This document shows positions 38,712-48,743 of a stretch of 64,000 bases of DNA, piece after piece (within the stretch, counting starts at the first letter, position 1; the number at the start of each line of letters is the position of its first letter). The DNA lies in assembly GCA_965228855.1 (NCBI GenBank), contig CBDDIJ010000002.1, positions 1,088,001 to 1,152,000 on the forward strand, written 5' to 3'. The stretch comes from Candidatus Obscuribacterales bacterium. Its GTDB lineage: Bacteria > Cyanobacteriota > Vampirovibrionia > Obscuribacterales > Obscuribacteraceae. The notes beneath the pieces were generated by a model, which was given only the letters and a program-made list of their open reading frames with translations, did not search any database and had not been told where the DNA came from. The translations under genes and the position numbers were made by a program.

Positions 38712-41700
38712 ATGGCGTTTAAGAAGCGAGACAAAGGTGGCGAGGAGCGTGACCCGGCGGACATTGATGCGTCCCGGGCGGCTCGGCGTGCTGCCCGCGA
38801 CAAAGCGCTCGGGCGCAATCCGTCTGAGAATCAAAGTTCCTCGTCCGGGTCGGGGCGTCGCGACGACATAGAACAAGAGCCGCCTCGGCGCGAAATGCCC
38901 ATGACCGGTTCTGCTCGCGAGGTCAGGCGGCTGCGTCGAACCGGTCCAGACGTTGCCGCGCAAGTTGCTCAAATCAATTGTGACGAACTCGCTGCTGAGA
39001 TTGGCAAGAAGCGTCGACTGCTCTATATTGCGCTGGCGATTGTCGGCGCTGCGCTGGCTCTCTGTCTGGCGGCGAGTGTGTTTGGTTGGAAGCAAGTTTA
39101 TAGCGTTACCAGATTTTCGATAATTGCGATGCCAATCTGCATAGCGTTTGGCATGAACGATCTTTGTCTCTACATTGCAAAATCAAATCCTGTTCTTGCG
39201 CGGCGAATACTCACGGTGTTTTCGTTTGGAAACCCACACACCATCAGGACTCTAGCCTGGTTGTACATCGACACCGGTGATTACACGAAGGCGGAAAAAA
39301 TTATTGCTTCCGCTGTTCGCACCATCGATGCGAAGAAGAAGCTGCGTGATTATATTCTGATGCACGCTTTCCTCGCGAATCTTCGCGCGCACGTAGCGCG
39401 TATGGCCGAAGCCGAAGCATTGGTGCGGGAAGTCCTCACTGCTGCTGAGGATCACGATAATAACTTCCAGACTGATGGCTCTGCATTTCTGCTTGCGAAT
39501 ACTCTCAACTATGCCGCGCAACTCTGCGATCAGAAGGATAAGATCCAGGATGCGCTCGCCCTATCGCGGCGCGCGGTCAAGCTTTTGTGCGATCATAAAA
39601 AACCGCCGGCTGATGTTTGTCTCGTTGCTTTGTCGAATGCAGGCTACTATTGCAATGTTCTTGGAGAGTATCAAGACGCGCTTGTTTACTTGACCAAGGC
39701 GCATGAGCTGGCGACCAAAACCAATATCGCCCGCGACGGGCAGTGGGCATTTATTCTTTCAAATCTAGCGATCGCGAATCTCGGCATCGGTCGAAGCACG
39801 ATGTGCAAGCGCGCTCTCAATGATGCGGAAACAAGAGCTATGGCTCCTCTCGGCTTGTCGGAGCGCCCCCATCTTTACCAATGTTGGGCGATTTACCACT
39901 TTGCCAACGATCGTCTGGAGTACGCCTTGCAATCGTACGAACAGGCTATTGAATATTGCAGCTTGCAAAAACCGCGCGATAGTGTCGCTTTGCTGCGAAT
40001 CATCAAAGAATACTCCGTGCTCCTGCGTGAGGTTGGAAAAGTCGGAGAGGCTAGTGTGAATGAACAGCGCGTCACGCAGATTCGCGATACATTGTTCGTA
40101 AATGCGCTTGAGAAAAAGGACAAGAAAAGCAAAAAGTCCGGCAAGAAGAAAAAGGAATTGTCGGTGCCGACGGGTAAAGGGCGATTTCCTGCGCTATCTC
40201 TTATCATGGCGGGGTTGCTGGGCTTCGAAGTTTGGAGTTTCGGATTGCGCGTGGCGCCGTTCACGATGTGGGTTTTGTTTCTAGCATTTAGCGTAGTGTT
40301 TCTGATCAAAGTGGCCGCGAAGTATGGTCCCACCGTCAAGGAAGAAAGTTCGCAAGGCGCAATCAGCACAATTGTATCGGTGTTACCGTATGTCCGTTCA
40401 ATCGCGCCGGAAGTCAGAGTGTTGCCTCAAGCCGTTAGCGGTGCCATATTTGGTATTGCGATTGCGATTGGAGTGTTTGTCAACTTCACCAGTCCGGCAC
40501 CGAATATGGTGCCGCAGGAAGGGTTGCTTCCTTTTGAATACTTGCGTCTGGGTGATGAACTTTCAAGAAAACAAGTTTTCGACAAAGCTAAGGATGCGTT
40601 TGAACTCGCTATCAAGGGTGGTGAACAGCGCGCAGCCGTAAGACTCTTATTAGAGACGCCGCGAAATATGCCTTCAGCGGAAGCTCTCGATGATAATGCC
40701 AGAGCAGTGGAGATAGCTCAGGCTCAGCCGAAAGAGGCGGCCGCGCTCTGGCAAGCTTGTATTCGGCGTTATCCTGATTTCGAGTTTCCTTACATAAACT
40801 TGGCGAATATGTCGAGCCAGAAAGGCGAGGAAGGTGCGCTTGGATTGAGCATGACAGTGAGCAAAGCGGGGACTGAAGACAAGAGTGAAAGCACTGATGC
40901 ACGCCAATCTGCTAAATCCGACGAAGCGGAAAAACTGCTGAAGAAAGCGTTGCTAATAAATCCGAACTGCGAATTGGCGCTTACCAACATGGCTTTGTTG
41001 CAGACTCGACGGGGGCGCCATAAGGCGGGATTGAAATACCTCAATCGTATAACAGCGCTGAAGAACGGCGAGACGCCTGAAGACTTGGAGTTTGAGAACG
41101 TCGATGTTTCTGTCCATTCAGAGACGCGCGAGGACGAGGATACACCGGATTCGGATTCCAAATCCGCACTTGTCGGACCGGAGAAAGCTGAGAATAGACA
41201 GTCTGCAACCGAGCGAGCCAAAGTTGAGAAGTCGAATGCCGGGATGAAGAACGAGGCCACGAAAGTTGAGCAGCGCCTTCAACCAAAGACCGAGCCTAAA
41301 GCTGCAATCATCGTAACTAAAAAAGGCGATGTGGTTCCGAAACCAGATCCGAAGCCCGCTGCGGTTGTTCCGAAAGTGGATACGCCTCAGAAATCGGACT
41401 CGAAGAAAGTCATTCCACCATCTAAAGCGGTCTCGTCGCCAGCATCATCGGAGCATGGCGATTTGCGAAAGACATCAAAAGCTGCCGATGACGACGGCTG
41501 GGAAACGACGCCGCTCAAATCCGTTCCAATCAAAAAGCCGGCGGCGGCAGTTGAACAAAAGAACTGGTTGCAGAAGGCTGAAGATGACGCAAAAGCGAAG
41601 GCTAAGAGCGAGAACGGAAACGCTGGTACTGGTCGCTTAAATGATACAAAAGCGAAAGCAGACAAGGCACATGCTGACAAAGCACAAGGCAATCAGGCAA

Positions 41701-41909
41701 AAGCTGAAGTAAAAACCGACAAAGCAAAGGTCAGTCAGGCAAAGGCTGAGCAACTAAAAGCCGACAAAGCAAAAACCGAGAAGGCGAACCTTGAGAAAGC
41801 CTTAGCTGACAAAGCGAAAGCTGATAAGGAAAAGGCGCGGAAAAAACGATACGCCGAGCGGCACAAAGACGACTGGATGAAGCTCAGCCCTGACGATACG
41901 GACTGGTGA
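38712..41909 (+). CDS. Large membrane protein with TPR blocks and a KAKAD-rich C-terminal tail
   Basis: 1065 aa; two TM clusters, TPR-like helices, repeated KAKAD/KAE. Confidence 0.8.
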   Translation: MAFKKRDKGGEERDPADIDASRAARRAARDKALGRNPSENQSSSSGSGRRDDIEQEPPRREMPMTGSAREVRRLRRTGPDVAAQVAQINCDELAAEIGKKRRLLYIALAIVGAALALCLAASVFGWKQVYSVTRFSIIAMPICIAFGMNDLCLYIAKSNPVLARRILTVFSFGNPHTIRTLAWLYIDTGDYTKAEKIIASAVRTIDAKKKLRDYILMHAFLANLRAHVARMAEAEALVREVLTAAEDHDNNFQTDGSAFLLANTLNYAAQLCDQKDKIQDALALSRRAVKLLCDHKKPPADVCLVALSNAGYYCNVLGEYQDALVYLTKAHELATKTNIARDGQWAFILSNLAIANLGIGRSTMCKRALNDAETRAMAPLGLSERPHLYQCWAIYHFANDRLEYALQSYEQAIEYCSLQKPRDSVALLRIIKEYSVLLREVGKVGEASVNEQRVTQIRDTLFVNALEKKDKKSKKSGKKKKELSVPTGKGRFPALSLIMAGLLGFEVWSFGLRVAPFTMWVLFLAFSVVFLIKVAAKYGPTVKEESSQGAISTIVSVLPYVRSIAPEVRVLPQAVSGAIFGIAIAIGVFVNFTSPAPNMVPQEGLLPFEYLRLGDELSRKQVFDKAKDAFELAIKGGEQRAAVRLLLETPRNMPSAEALDDNARAVEIAQAQPKEAAALWQACIRRYPDFEFPYINLANMSSQKGEEGALGLSMTVSKAGTEDKSESTDARQSAKSDEAEKLLKKALLINPNCELALTNMALLQTRRGRHKAGLKYLNRITALKNGETPEDLEFENVDVSVHSETREDEDTPDSDSKSALVGPEKAENRQSATERAKVEKSNAGMKNEATKVEQRLQPKTEPKAAIIVTKKGDVVPKPDPKPAAVVPKVDTPQKSDSKKVIPPSKAVSSPASSEHGDLRKTSKAADDDGWETTPLKSVPIKKPAAAVEQKNWLQKAEDDAKAKAKSENGNAGTGRLNDTKAKADKAHADKAQGNQAKAEVKTDKAKVSQAKAEQLKADKAKTEKANLEKALADKAKADKEKARKKRYAERHKDDWMKLSPDDTDW

Positions 41910-41965
41910 CGGCATTTTCTGTTCCTGGTTGATAAGATGTGCCACTACTGCTGGTATGACAATCT

Positions 41966-43507
41966 CTACGGCAGATTTGCAATGTTCGCGCGCTTCATGG
42001 CGGTCAGCCGCTCGCGTTGAGCGACGAGATGCTCGACGTTGACGAAAGAATTACCGCTTGCTACGGCAACGAGATATCCATCGTCGGTAATTCGTGGCGG
42101 CGCGTTACGCCCCAGTTTTTCCTGAAAGACACGCTGCAGTGCTTCGTCTTCGCGCGGCACTGCTTCTCCGCTGATGCTTACGGTCTGTTGTGTGTTGAGA
42201 TTGCCAAATTCTGAGCCACTGAATGTAATACCAGTGCCGTCTACAGTGTAACGTCCCTCGCGTCTACCGCCTTGCTCAGCGCCCGGCTGGAAGCGGATCG
42301 GAAGTACGCCGTTGCCTGGTGTAATGCCGGCGTGTGACGTCGTGAATTTATCAGGCTTGCCGGTTTTCGGATCGACCGATGATAGTTCATGGTTTGCCAG
42401 AAGGAACTCAACGCCAACTGTATTTGCACCGTCATTTGCGGCGGCATGCCAAACCTCCACGCCCATGCCTTTAAGTCTCTCTATTGATTTGTTCGTTTCT
42501 AGAGCATTCTGTGCCCAGTTTCTAATCACTTCGCTTTTACCGTTATCAGAGGCTACTCCTCCGAGTCTTTTCAGGACATCTTTTTGCATGTCCGGATTTT
42601 TGATGTTTTCCGGTGTTATCTTATTTTCCGCGTTAGAGCCTAAGAGATAATTGAGCTGGTCGAAGGTCAGGTCCGGATTGCCGACGCTCGCATTGATTAC
42701 ATCGCCCTTGCCGAGCTGGAGTTTGCCGGCATCAATCATGTCGGCCATGCCATTGAGAGTTTGTGCAAAACCGTACGCTGAGCTGTTTGGTTCTACTCGC
42801 AGTGTATTGAAACCGTTTTTCTCTGCCATCCTGGCGCTGAATTCGCCATGTGTGAAGCCCGTTTCGGTATCTGTGCGAACGCCTTTCTCGGTGACGCCGC
42901 TAACGCGATTGACCGGCAATTCGATTTTTTGACCGATCACGAGGCTGTTTGTCCGCTTATCGAACTGCAGGCTGGGCGAACTTGTGTTCTTGAAATAGTC
43001 GACGAATGCTACTGTCGGTCGGCTTTGATCGAATTTTGTCGGGTCGCCCTGAATTTGGAACGGCTCGGTCTTGGCTGCGTCGGCAGGTTGCGGCGGCACC
43101 TCCGCTTTTCGCTCTTGTGGAGGCTTTCGCTCGCCCTCGACTCCACCGTGACGAACTTCGCCTTTTGCTTTCGGTTTTGTTTTTCGAGTAGCATCAAACG
43201 TGCCGTCGCCCGAATCATCGCGATTGAGCGCCTGCTCGATATCGGGTTGACCTGGGCGGCCGGCTGTCGTTGTGGATTCTGGTTTTAGTTCCTTTTGCTC
43301 AAATCCGTTTGACCCAGACCCGGAGAGTGGATCGTTTTGGCTGAAGTCGAGAACGCCTGGTTCGCTTCCAGCCTTTGTCGCCGGAGATAGAGCAGAACGG
43401 CTTGAATCCGACTTGAACAGATCGATTCTGTCGATCTGAGGATGAGCGGAATCGTTAGCAGCGCTGAGCCGTTCCGGCTCGATTCCCGAGTCATTTCTGT
43501 CAGACAT
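41966..43507 (-). CDS. Divergent subtilisin-like (S8) protease candidate
   Basis: VAFVD, THGEF, VINASVG, HAAAND, SGNSF: D/H/N/S in subtilase order. Confidence 0.55.
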   Translation of the reverse strand: MSDRNDSGIEPERLSAANDSAHPQIDRIDLFKSDSSRSALSPATKAGSEPGVLDFSQNDPLSGSGSNGFEQKELKPESTTTAGRPGQPDIEQALNRDDSGDGTFDATRKTKPKAKGEVRHGGVEGERKPPQERKAEVPPQPADAAKTEPFQIQGDPTKFDQSRPTVAFVDYFKNTSSPSLQFDKRTNSLVIGQKIELPVNRVSGVTEKGVRTDTETGFTHGEFSARMAEKNGFNTLRVEPNSSAYGFAQTLNGMADMIDAGKLQLGKGDVINASVGNPDLTFDQLNYLLGSNAENKITPENIKNPDMQKDVLKRLGGVASDNGKSEVIRNWAQNALETNKSIERLKGMGVEVWHAAANDGANTVGVEFLLANHELSSVDPKTGKPDKFTTSHAGITPGNGVLPIRFQPGAEQGGRREGRYTVDGTGITFSGSEFGNLNTQQTVSISGEAVPREDEALQRVFQEKLGRNAPPRITDDGYLVAVASGNSFVNVEHLVAQRERLTAMKRANIANLP

Positions 43508-43653
43508 AATTAGTAAGGTGAACCAGCGGTATCAGTAACGTATCATCACTGCGTTACCGCTTCGTGACAGACCGAGGGGGCGTGTTCGAACTCGCTATCT
43601 CGGTCAAAAGTTGGTCGAAGGCGAACTTCTTGGTTGGGTTGGGTTGGGGTCGC

Positions 43654-44742
43654 TCACTTCGTCAAATCCACGACTATCGATTCAACGGGCGTGACGTCTT
43701 TCAGCTTGGCGTGCGGATCCAGATTATTGGAATGCAAAACTACAGTGTAGACGCCAGGTTTCTGATATCGATGTGCAAAAGTTTTCTCTGTCATTTTGAG
43801 AAGCGCCTTTCCATCGTATTTTTCAGCGGCATCTTTCGTTCCGTCTCCCCAGTCCAAACTGTAAGAAAAGCATGAAGGGTGATTGACCGTGTACTTGAGC
43901 GCGACTGCTAAACGGTCGTTGCTTTGTGGTTCTTGCTTCAATCCGCCGTGGGACGAAACATATCGCTTCGTCATAGTAAATTCGCGAGTGGAGCGCGCCA
44001 AAATTGTTTTGCCTTGCGCGTCGAGCATTTGCAAAACCATTCGGAACTTCGTGTTGCCCTCCCGCAAAGCTCTTTCGTATCCATCAAACGATGGGGTGCT
44101 AAACCGTCTTTCGCTGTTTGAATTGTTGTGTGCGATGTTTTTCACTACATCCTCTGCAACCACTTTGTCTCCGCAAACCAACTGAAGGTGCAGATCAACG
44201 CGCCGATCCGTAGTCATGCTCCATCGAACGACTGGGAAATCTTGGTAATTAAACGTTTCCCCACCTCGAGGCTCTTGAATTTGCAGCGTGCAGCTTTGTG
44301 TTGCAGCACCGCCGACGGTGACATTGGTCCAGCTCTTCCAATTGTAGATGGGCGCGTCAGTTGGGCCCGGCGTGTACGTCGATGCGCTGACCGTATAGGT
44401 TCCTGGAACTGTGTATGTGTGCGTGAACAAAGACTCTCGATTTTGATTAGTCGAGTCGTAACTCTCCCTCAGTTGTTTTTGTCCATCGCCCCAATTGATA
44501 CTAAAGCCGGTGCCTCCTATTGAGGCGCGTCCGTTCCAATTCCTGACTTTTGTCAGCAAAACATCAGGTCCGGTAATTGTCACCCTGAGCGGTGCTGCAC
44601 CGGACTCCGGAGTTACTTGAATTGGCTGCCCTCCGTCCGCAACACCATTCTTGTAGCGAGTGAAACCCTGAGCCCAGCACATCTGAGTGTAACTCAGTGA
44701 GCTGAGCATTAGCAGGAAGATGATGACACGAAGCAGGTTCAT
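43654..44742 (-). CDS. Secreted protein with two PKD domains
   Basis: INWGDG...HTYTVPGTYTV and LDWGDG...HRYQKPGVYTV. Confidence 0.8.
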   Translation of the reverse strand: MNLLRVIIFLLMLSSLSYTQMCWAQGFTRYKNGVADGGQPIQVTPESGAAPLRVTITGPDVLLTKVRNWNGRASIGGTGFSINWGDGQKQLRESYDSTNQNRESLFTHTYTVPGTYTVSASTYTPGPTDAPIYNWKSWTNVTVGGAATQSCTLQIQEPRGGETFNYQDFPVVRWSMTTDRRVDLHLQLVCGDKVVAEDVVKNIAHNNSNSERRFSTPSFDGYERALREGNTKFRMVLQMLDAQGKTILARSTREFTMTKRYVSSHGGLKQEPQSNDRLAVALKYTVNHPSCFSYSLDWGDGTKDAAEKYDGKALLKMTEKTFAHRYQKPGVYTVVLHSNNLDPHAKLKDVTPVESIVVDLTK

Positions 44743-44935
44743 TGATTAATCGTGAAAGAAGACGACGCGAGTGAGACTGAAATTCCATTGAAGCACAAAA
44801 TTCAAAATCTTCGTTCAGTTTCCTGCTTGCGGGTTGCATCTGCGCTACGTGGGAGCTGGAATTCGTATGGGACTACGCGCATGATCCTCGAAGCCAGAAG
44901 GAGTAGCCGGCTGGCACCTCCTTCTGTTTCGCCGG

Positions 44936-45463
44936 TTAGATGCTCACCGTTGCTCTGTCAATCCAGGGAGCCGGATCGTTTCTTTTGAAGCCGTCCGATT
45001 CGTAGCCGTGCTTGCTCAGCTCTTCTCTAAAAGCTTCCGGATTGTCTGCGGCTTCTATCATCGTTTTTGCCACTACTCCGATTGCAGCCTGCCACGTATC
45101 AGCCATCGATTGAGTCCACTCACCCTCCTTACTCAAGTGTTCAGCCAGAACAGCCATTAGGTTCTCGCCGACGGCGTCGTAATGCGCGTTCTCTGTTTTG
45201 TATTTCAGGTGTCTGATTCCCATGGCGTGAAGGTACGGTAAAAGTCGCTCCGGTTGCTCGACTCCGGCTACGATAGCGCCAAGCGAAGCCATCAGTTTTT
45301 TATGCTGCTCCTCAGGAGGCGTGTTAAACAGCGGTCTGACCGAAGGATATTTTTCGAACAACCTTTTATAGAAGCTCATCCCTAGTGCCTTCGTGCCACC
45401 ATTTTCCTCTTTGGCGCGATTGAAGGTTTCTCTCAAAAGTGCAACATCTAACGACATAATCAA
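44936..45463 (-). CDS. Single-domain globin (flavohaemoglobin-type globin domain)
   Basis: FYKRLFEKYPSVRPLF, MGIRHLKY (proximal His), HYDAVGENL. Confidence 0.9.
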   Translation of the reverse strand: MIMSLDVALLRETFNRAKEENGGTKALGMSFYKRLFEKYPSVRPLFNTPPEEQHKKLMASLGAIVAGVEQPERLLPYLHAMGIRHLKYKTENAHYDAVGENLMAVLAEHLSKEGEWTQSMADTWQAAIGVVAKTMIEAADNPEAFREELSKHGYESDGFKRNDPAPWIDRATVSI

Positions 45464-45675
45464 ACTCCTTTGTTTTCCGTAAACAGCTGTAAGTCGCGCA
45501 TCAACGCTTCTAAATCATCTATGTGGCACATGCTGTCGCAGATGCCTAACTCGGTGTCCAGAATGCTTTCGTCGCATTCGCAAGGAACATTGACTCCGTG
45601 ATTCTCGAAAACCCGCACTGCATCTGGATATGCGTCCAGAATGCTTTTCACCGTGGTCTCTTCTGTAATAATCAT
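45460..45675 (-). CDS. DUF1858/ScdA-N-like small Cys-containing protein
   Basis: TVKSILDAYPDAVRVFENHGV..C.C; 4-nt overlap with the globin ORF. Confidence 0.75.
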   Translation of the reverse strand: MIITEETTVKSILDAYPDAVRVFENHGVNVPCECDESILDTELGICDSMCHIDDLEALMRDLQLFTENKGV

Positions 45676-45716
45676 GTGCTTCCATCCTTTTAAAAACCGC
45701 CAGCGCGCTTTGCGCT

Positions 45717-45782
45717 CTAGCGCTTATTGCCTTTGAAAAACGAATTGAGACTGTCGTTGCATAACGTGCAAATGACTTTCAT
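45717..45782 (-). CDS. Putative 21-aa CxxC leader peptide MKVICTLCNDSLNSFFKGNKR
   Basis: GGAGGA RBS 7 nt before ATG, downstream of the predicted promoter. Confidence 0.45.
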   Translation of the reverse strand: MKVICTLCNDSLNSFFKGNKR

Positions 45783-45807
45783 GTTTTCGTCCTCCTTTGA
45801 ATTGTCG

Positions 45808-45903
45808 GCAAAAAGACCTTTATGTCCATAATAGCACTGGCGGAAGGTCTGTCAAGGCTCGAAAGCCCCATTGTGTGGTATTATGTACAAAAGGATATAT
45901 TTG
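45808..45903. promoter_or_regulatory. Divergent sigma70-type promoters with paired operator-like sites
   Basis: Minus strand TTGACA-16-TATTAT (TGn-extended); plus strand TGgTATTAT; CCTTTATGTCCATAATA mirrored by TATTATGTACAAAAGG. Confidence 0.6.
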
Positions 45904-45918
45904 TTGGGAAGAGGCGGT

Positions 45919-46353
45919 ATGATCTCACAAACTGCGGAATATGCCTTGCGTGCAATGGTCTTTTTGGCGATGCAAAAATCGCCCGCGGTTGGCCACGAGA
46001 TAGCTGCCGTGACCAAGGTGCCGCCGGGTTACTTGAGTAAACTCATGCAGCAGCTCGTAAAATCCAAGCTCGTAAATTCTCAGCGCGGCATCGGCGGCGG
46101 GTTTGTTTTGGCGAAAGCTCCCGTCGATATCTCGATACTGGACGTCGTAAACGCTGTGGATCCAATCGAGAAAATCACAAGCTGCCCTCTCGACATTATG
46201 TCTCACGGACTGAATCTCTGCCCATTACATAAACGGCTCTCTTTAGCTACTGCGCAGGTAGAACAAGCGTTTGCCCAATCCAACCTGAGTGAACTGGTTG
46301 AAGAGTCGAGGAGTCCTCTCTGTACAAGTGTGCCGTTAGAGTCCGGTGGCTGA
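45919..46353 (+). CDS. Rrf2-family transcriptional regulator
   Basis: MISQTAEYALRA, YLSKLMQQL, SQRGIGGGFVL, ISILDVVNAVD, two Cys (SCPL, LCPLH). Confidence 0.93.
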   Translation: MISQTAEYALRAMVFLAMQKSPAVGHEIAAVTKVPPGYLSKLMQQLVKSKLVNSQRGIGGGFVLAKAPVDISILDVVNAVDPIEKITSCPLDIMSHGLNLCPLHKRLSLATAQVEQAFAQSNLSELVEESRSPLCTSVPLESGG

Positions 46354-46384
46354 GTTAAAGGAAGGCCGTTCTCGAGAATGATGT

Positions 46385-46702
46385 TTAGTCATCGTTTATT
46401 ATCTGAAACGTACATGGTCCGTAGGCTTTCTGGGCTAACTCCGGTCCAACGATTCGGTCGGCCATCAGTCTCCGTATTTCATCAGCGGACGCCTGGGGAT
46501 AGCGACTCTCCAGATCGCTTCGGACAAAAAGTAGCATTGCCTCCCGCATTTCTCCTGCTATCTCCAACTTGCGCCAGGCGGGTGCTTCTCGGAAGAATTT
46601 GAATTGAATTTTCTCGACTGAAGGAGAGGTGTCGGCATTCATGGAGCGCCAACTAGGCGGCTGGTTGCTTTTGTTTTCTTCCTTATGAATGGATGGACTC
46701 AT
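46385..46702 (-). CDS. Small hypothetical protein (DTSP...Q...R-type, possible antitoxin-like)
   Basis: DTSPSVEKIQFKFFREAPAWRKLEIA...RYPQASADEIRR; start may be 46642. Confidence 0.5.
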   Translation of the reverse strand: MSPSIHKEENKSNQPPSWRSMNADTSPSVEKIQFKFFREAPAWRKLEIAGEMREAMLLFVRSDLESRYPQASADEIRRLMADRIVGPELAQKAYGPCTFQIINDD

Positions 46703-46926
46703 TGCCGCTCTAACTCAACTTTGAACAATTGATCGTGTCGCATCTATAAATTTTGCGCTAAGGACGATGATTATAGCAGTTCCAGATATCCCGATGAAAA
46801 CCTGCGCTGCACAAGCCTTTCAATGAATCGCCCGTTCCAGGATTCCAGGTCCGAAAATAGCGAGCCCTAAAATTTCGAACGTGATTCAATTTACTGACTG
46901 AACTTCCGAATTCTCGAGGTGAAAAA

Positions 46927-48354
46927 ATGCCAAGTTCGTCGACGCTGGATCTCGCCGTTATCGCAGCCAAAAGCTGGCTTGAAGAAATCAACGAAAGACC
47001 TGTCGGTGCCAGCGACGATGTTGAAACTTTGCGTGCCAAGTTGATCTCCAACCTGAGTGACGAGGGCTCGTCGCCTGAAGAAGTCGTCAGCGATTTAGTC
47101 GAAGCAACAAAGGGCGGTCTTCTAGGAAGTGCCGGCGGTAGGTTTTTCGCATGGGTTATCGGCGGGTCCTTGCCTTCTGCTTTAGCAGCAGATTGGCTTA
47201 CTTCAACCTGGGATCAGAACGCTGCTCTTTACGCCTGTGGTCCGGCCGCAAGCGTGGTCGAAGAAATCGCAGGTGAGTGGATCAAAGAACTCTTGCATTT
47301 GCCGCGACAGTCATCATTCGCCTTTACGACCGGCTGCCAACTAGCGCACTTTACTTGCCTCGCTGCGGCACGAGCTGCGCAGCTGAAGAAGGTCGGTTGG
47401 AACATCAATGAAGACGGACTGTTCGGTGCGCCCATAATCCGCGTGCTAACGTCCGAACATCGGCACGCATCAATTGACCGTGCTGTTAGATACTTGGGCC
47501 TGGGAAATAGATCTCTCGTCTCTATTGAGACGGATAGCGAAGGACGAATTCGACCTGAAAATCTAAAACGTACTCTGAGTGCGTCAAGTGCGCCCACGAT
47601 CCTGGTTCTTAATGCAGCAGATCTAAACATCGCAGCGTTTGATCCGTTTGAGGAACTCATTCCGATAGCGAAAGAAACCGGTGCGTGGGTTCATATTGAC
47701 GGCGCGTTTGGATTGTTTGCACGAGCAAGCAAACAAAAATTTCATTTAACCGCAGGTTTGGAACTCGCTGATAGCTGGGCAACCGACGGTCATAAATGGC
47801 TCAACGTGCCGTTCGATTGCGGTATCGCGATTGTAAAAGATCGGGATGCTCATCGCGAAGCGATGACAATTAGTGCCTCGTACATTGCTCCGGAAAATCA
47901 GGCGCGCGATCAGATTGATTGGAATCCTGAGTGGTCGCGGCGGGCTCGTGGAATTCCTGTTTATGCCGCTCTCCGAGAGTTGGGTAAGGATGGAGTTGCG
48001 GATTTGGTCGATCGCACTTCGCGATACTGTCACACGATAGTCACCGAGATCGACAAAATTCCAGGCGCAAAAATGATGTGGGAACCTCAACTCAATCAAG
48101 GTCTGCTTCGCTTTCTCGACCTTCGCCCAGGCGCTACTGAAGCGGATCATGATAGAAGAACAGATGCAGTTATCGCCGAAGTAAATGCTAGTGGCGAAGC
48201 ATTCTTCTCGGGTACAACCTGGAACGGTTTGAAAGCGATGAGAGTAAGCGTCGTGAATTGGCGCACAAATGATGAAGACGTCAAACGTACTATCCGCGCT
48301 GTAGAAAACGTTGTCCGCGAACTACAGAAAACCGAGTCGGAGCCGGCTTGCTAG
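46927..48354 (+). CDS. PLP-dependent group II decarboxylase (aromatic amino acid/glutamate decarboxylase family)
   Basis: WVHIDGAFG, DSWATDGHKWLNVPFDCG, EWSRRARG. Confidence 0.92.
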   Translation: MPSSSTLDLAVIAAKSWLEEINERPVGASDDVETLRAKLISNLSDEGSSPEEVVSDLVEATKGGLLGSAGGRFFAWVIGGSLPSALAADWLTSTWDQNAALYACGPAASVVEEIAGEWIKELLHLPRQSSFAFTTGCQLAHFTCLAAARAAQLKKVGWNINEDGLFGAPIIRVLTSEHRHASIDRAVRYLGLGNRSLVSIETDSEGRIRPENLKRTLSASSAPTILVLNAADLNIAAFDPFEELIPIAKETGAWVHIDGAFGLFARASKQKFHLTAGLELADSWATDGHKWLNVPFDCGIAIVKDRDAHREAMTISASYIAPENQARDQIDWNPEWSRRARGIPVYAALRELGKDGVADLVDRTSRYCHTIVTEIDKIPGAKMMWEPQLNQGLLRFLDLRPGATEADHDRRTDAVIAEVNASGEAFFSGTTWNGLKAMRVSVVNWRTNDEDVKRTIRAVENVVRELQKTESEPAC

Positions 48355-48743
48355 AGTAATTGGTTAGTCGCGATGTATGCCACGCCTAAGATGTACGGCG
48401 ATCCGGTCTTGTTGAAATTGTCCCTTTACAACGGATCTCTTCGCCTTGCGGAAAGAAGCAGTTCGATAGCCTCGTTCTCGGTATAACGCTGAGCTCCGAG
48501 TTCCATCTCTGACAACTGCACATCAACTTCATTCACGGTAGAGGCGCCGGTTGCGCATGCCAACACAAGGGAAACCATAATAAGTGACGTCGAAAAAATA
48601 CCGACCTTCATGACTGGCGCTCCGAGTTGCCGTACATCATTAGTATCAGTTCAGAGTAAAATCTGCAACTGTATTGCTGTATCTACACTGCGAAACACAG
48701 AGGGCTATCGCGGCTGAAGACAAGTTATGAGGAATCATTGAAT

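Noticed and set aside
48426..48611. 61-aa ORF with a signal-like N-terminus
   Set aside because: Too short and featureless to support; possibly a fragment
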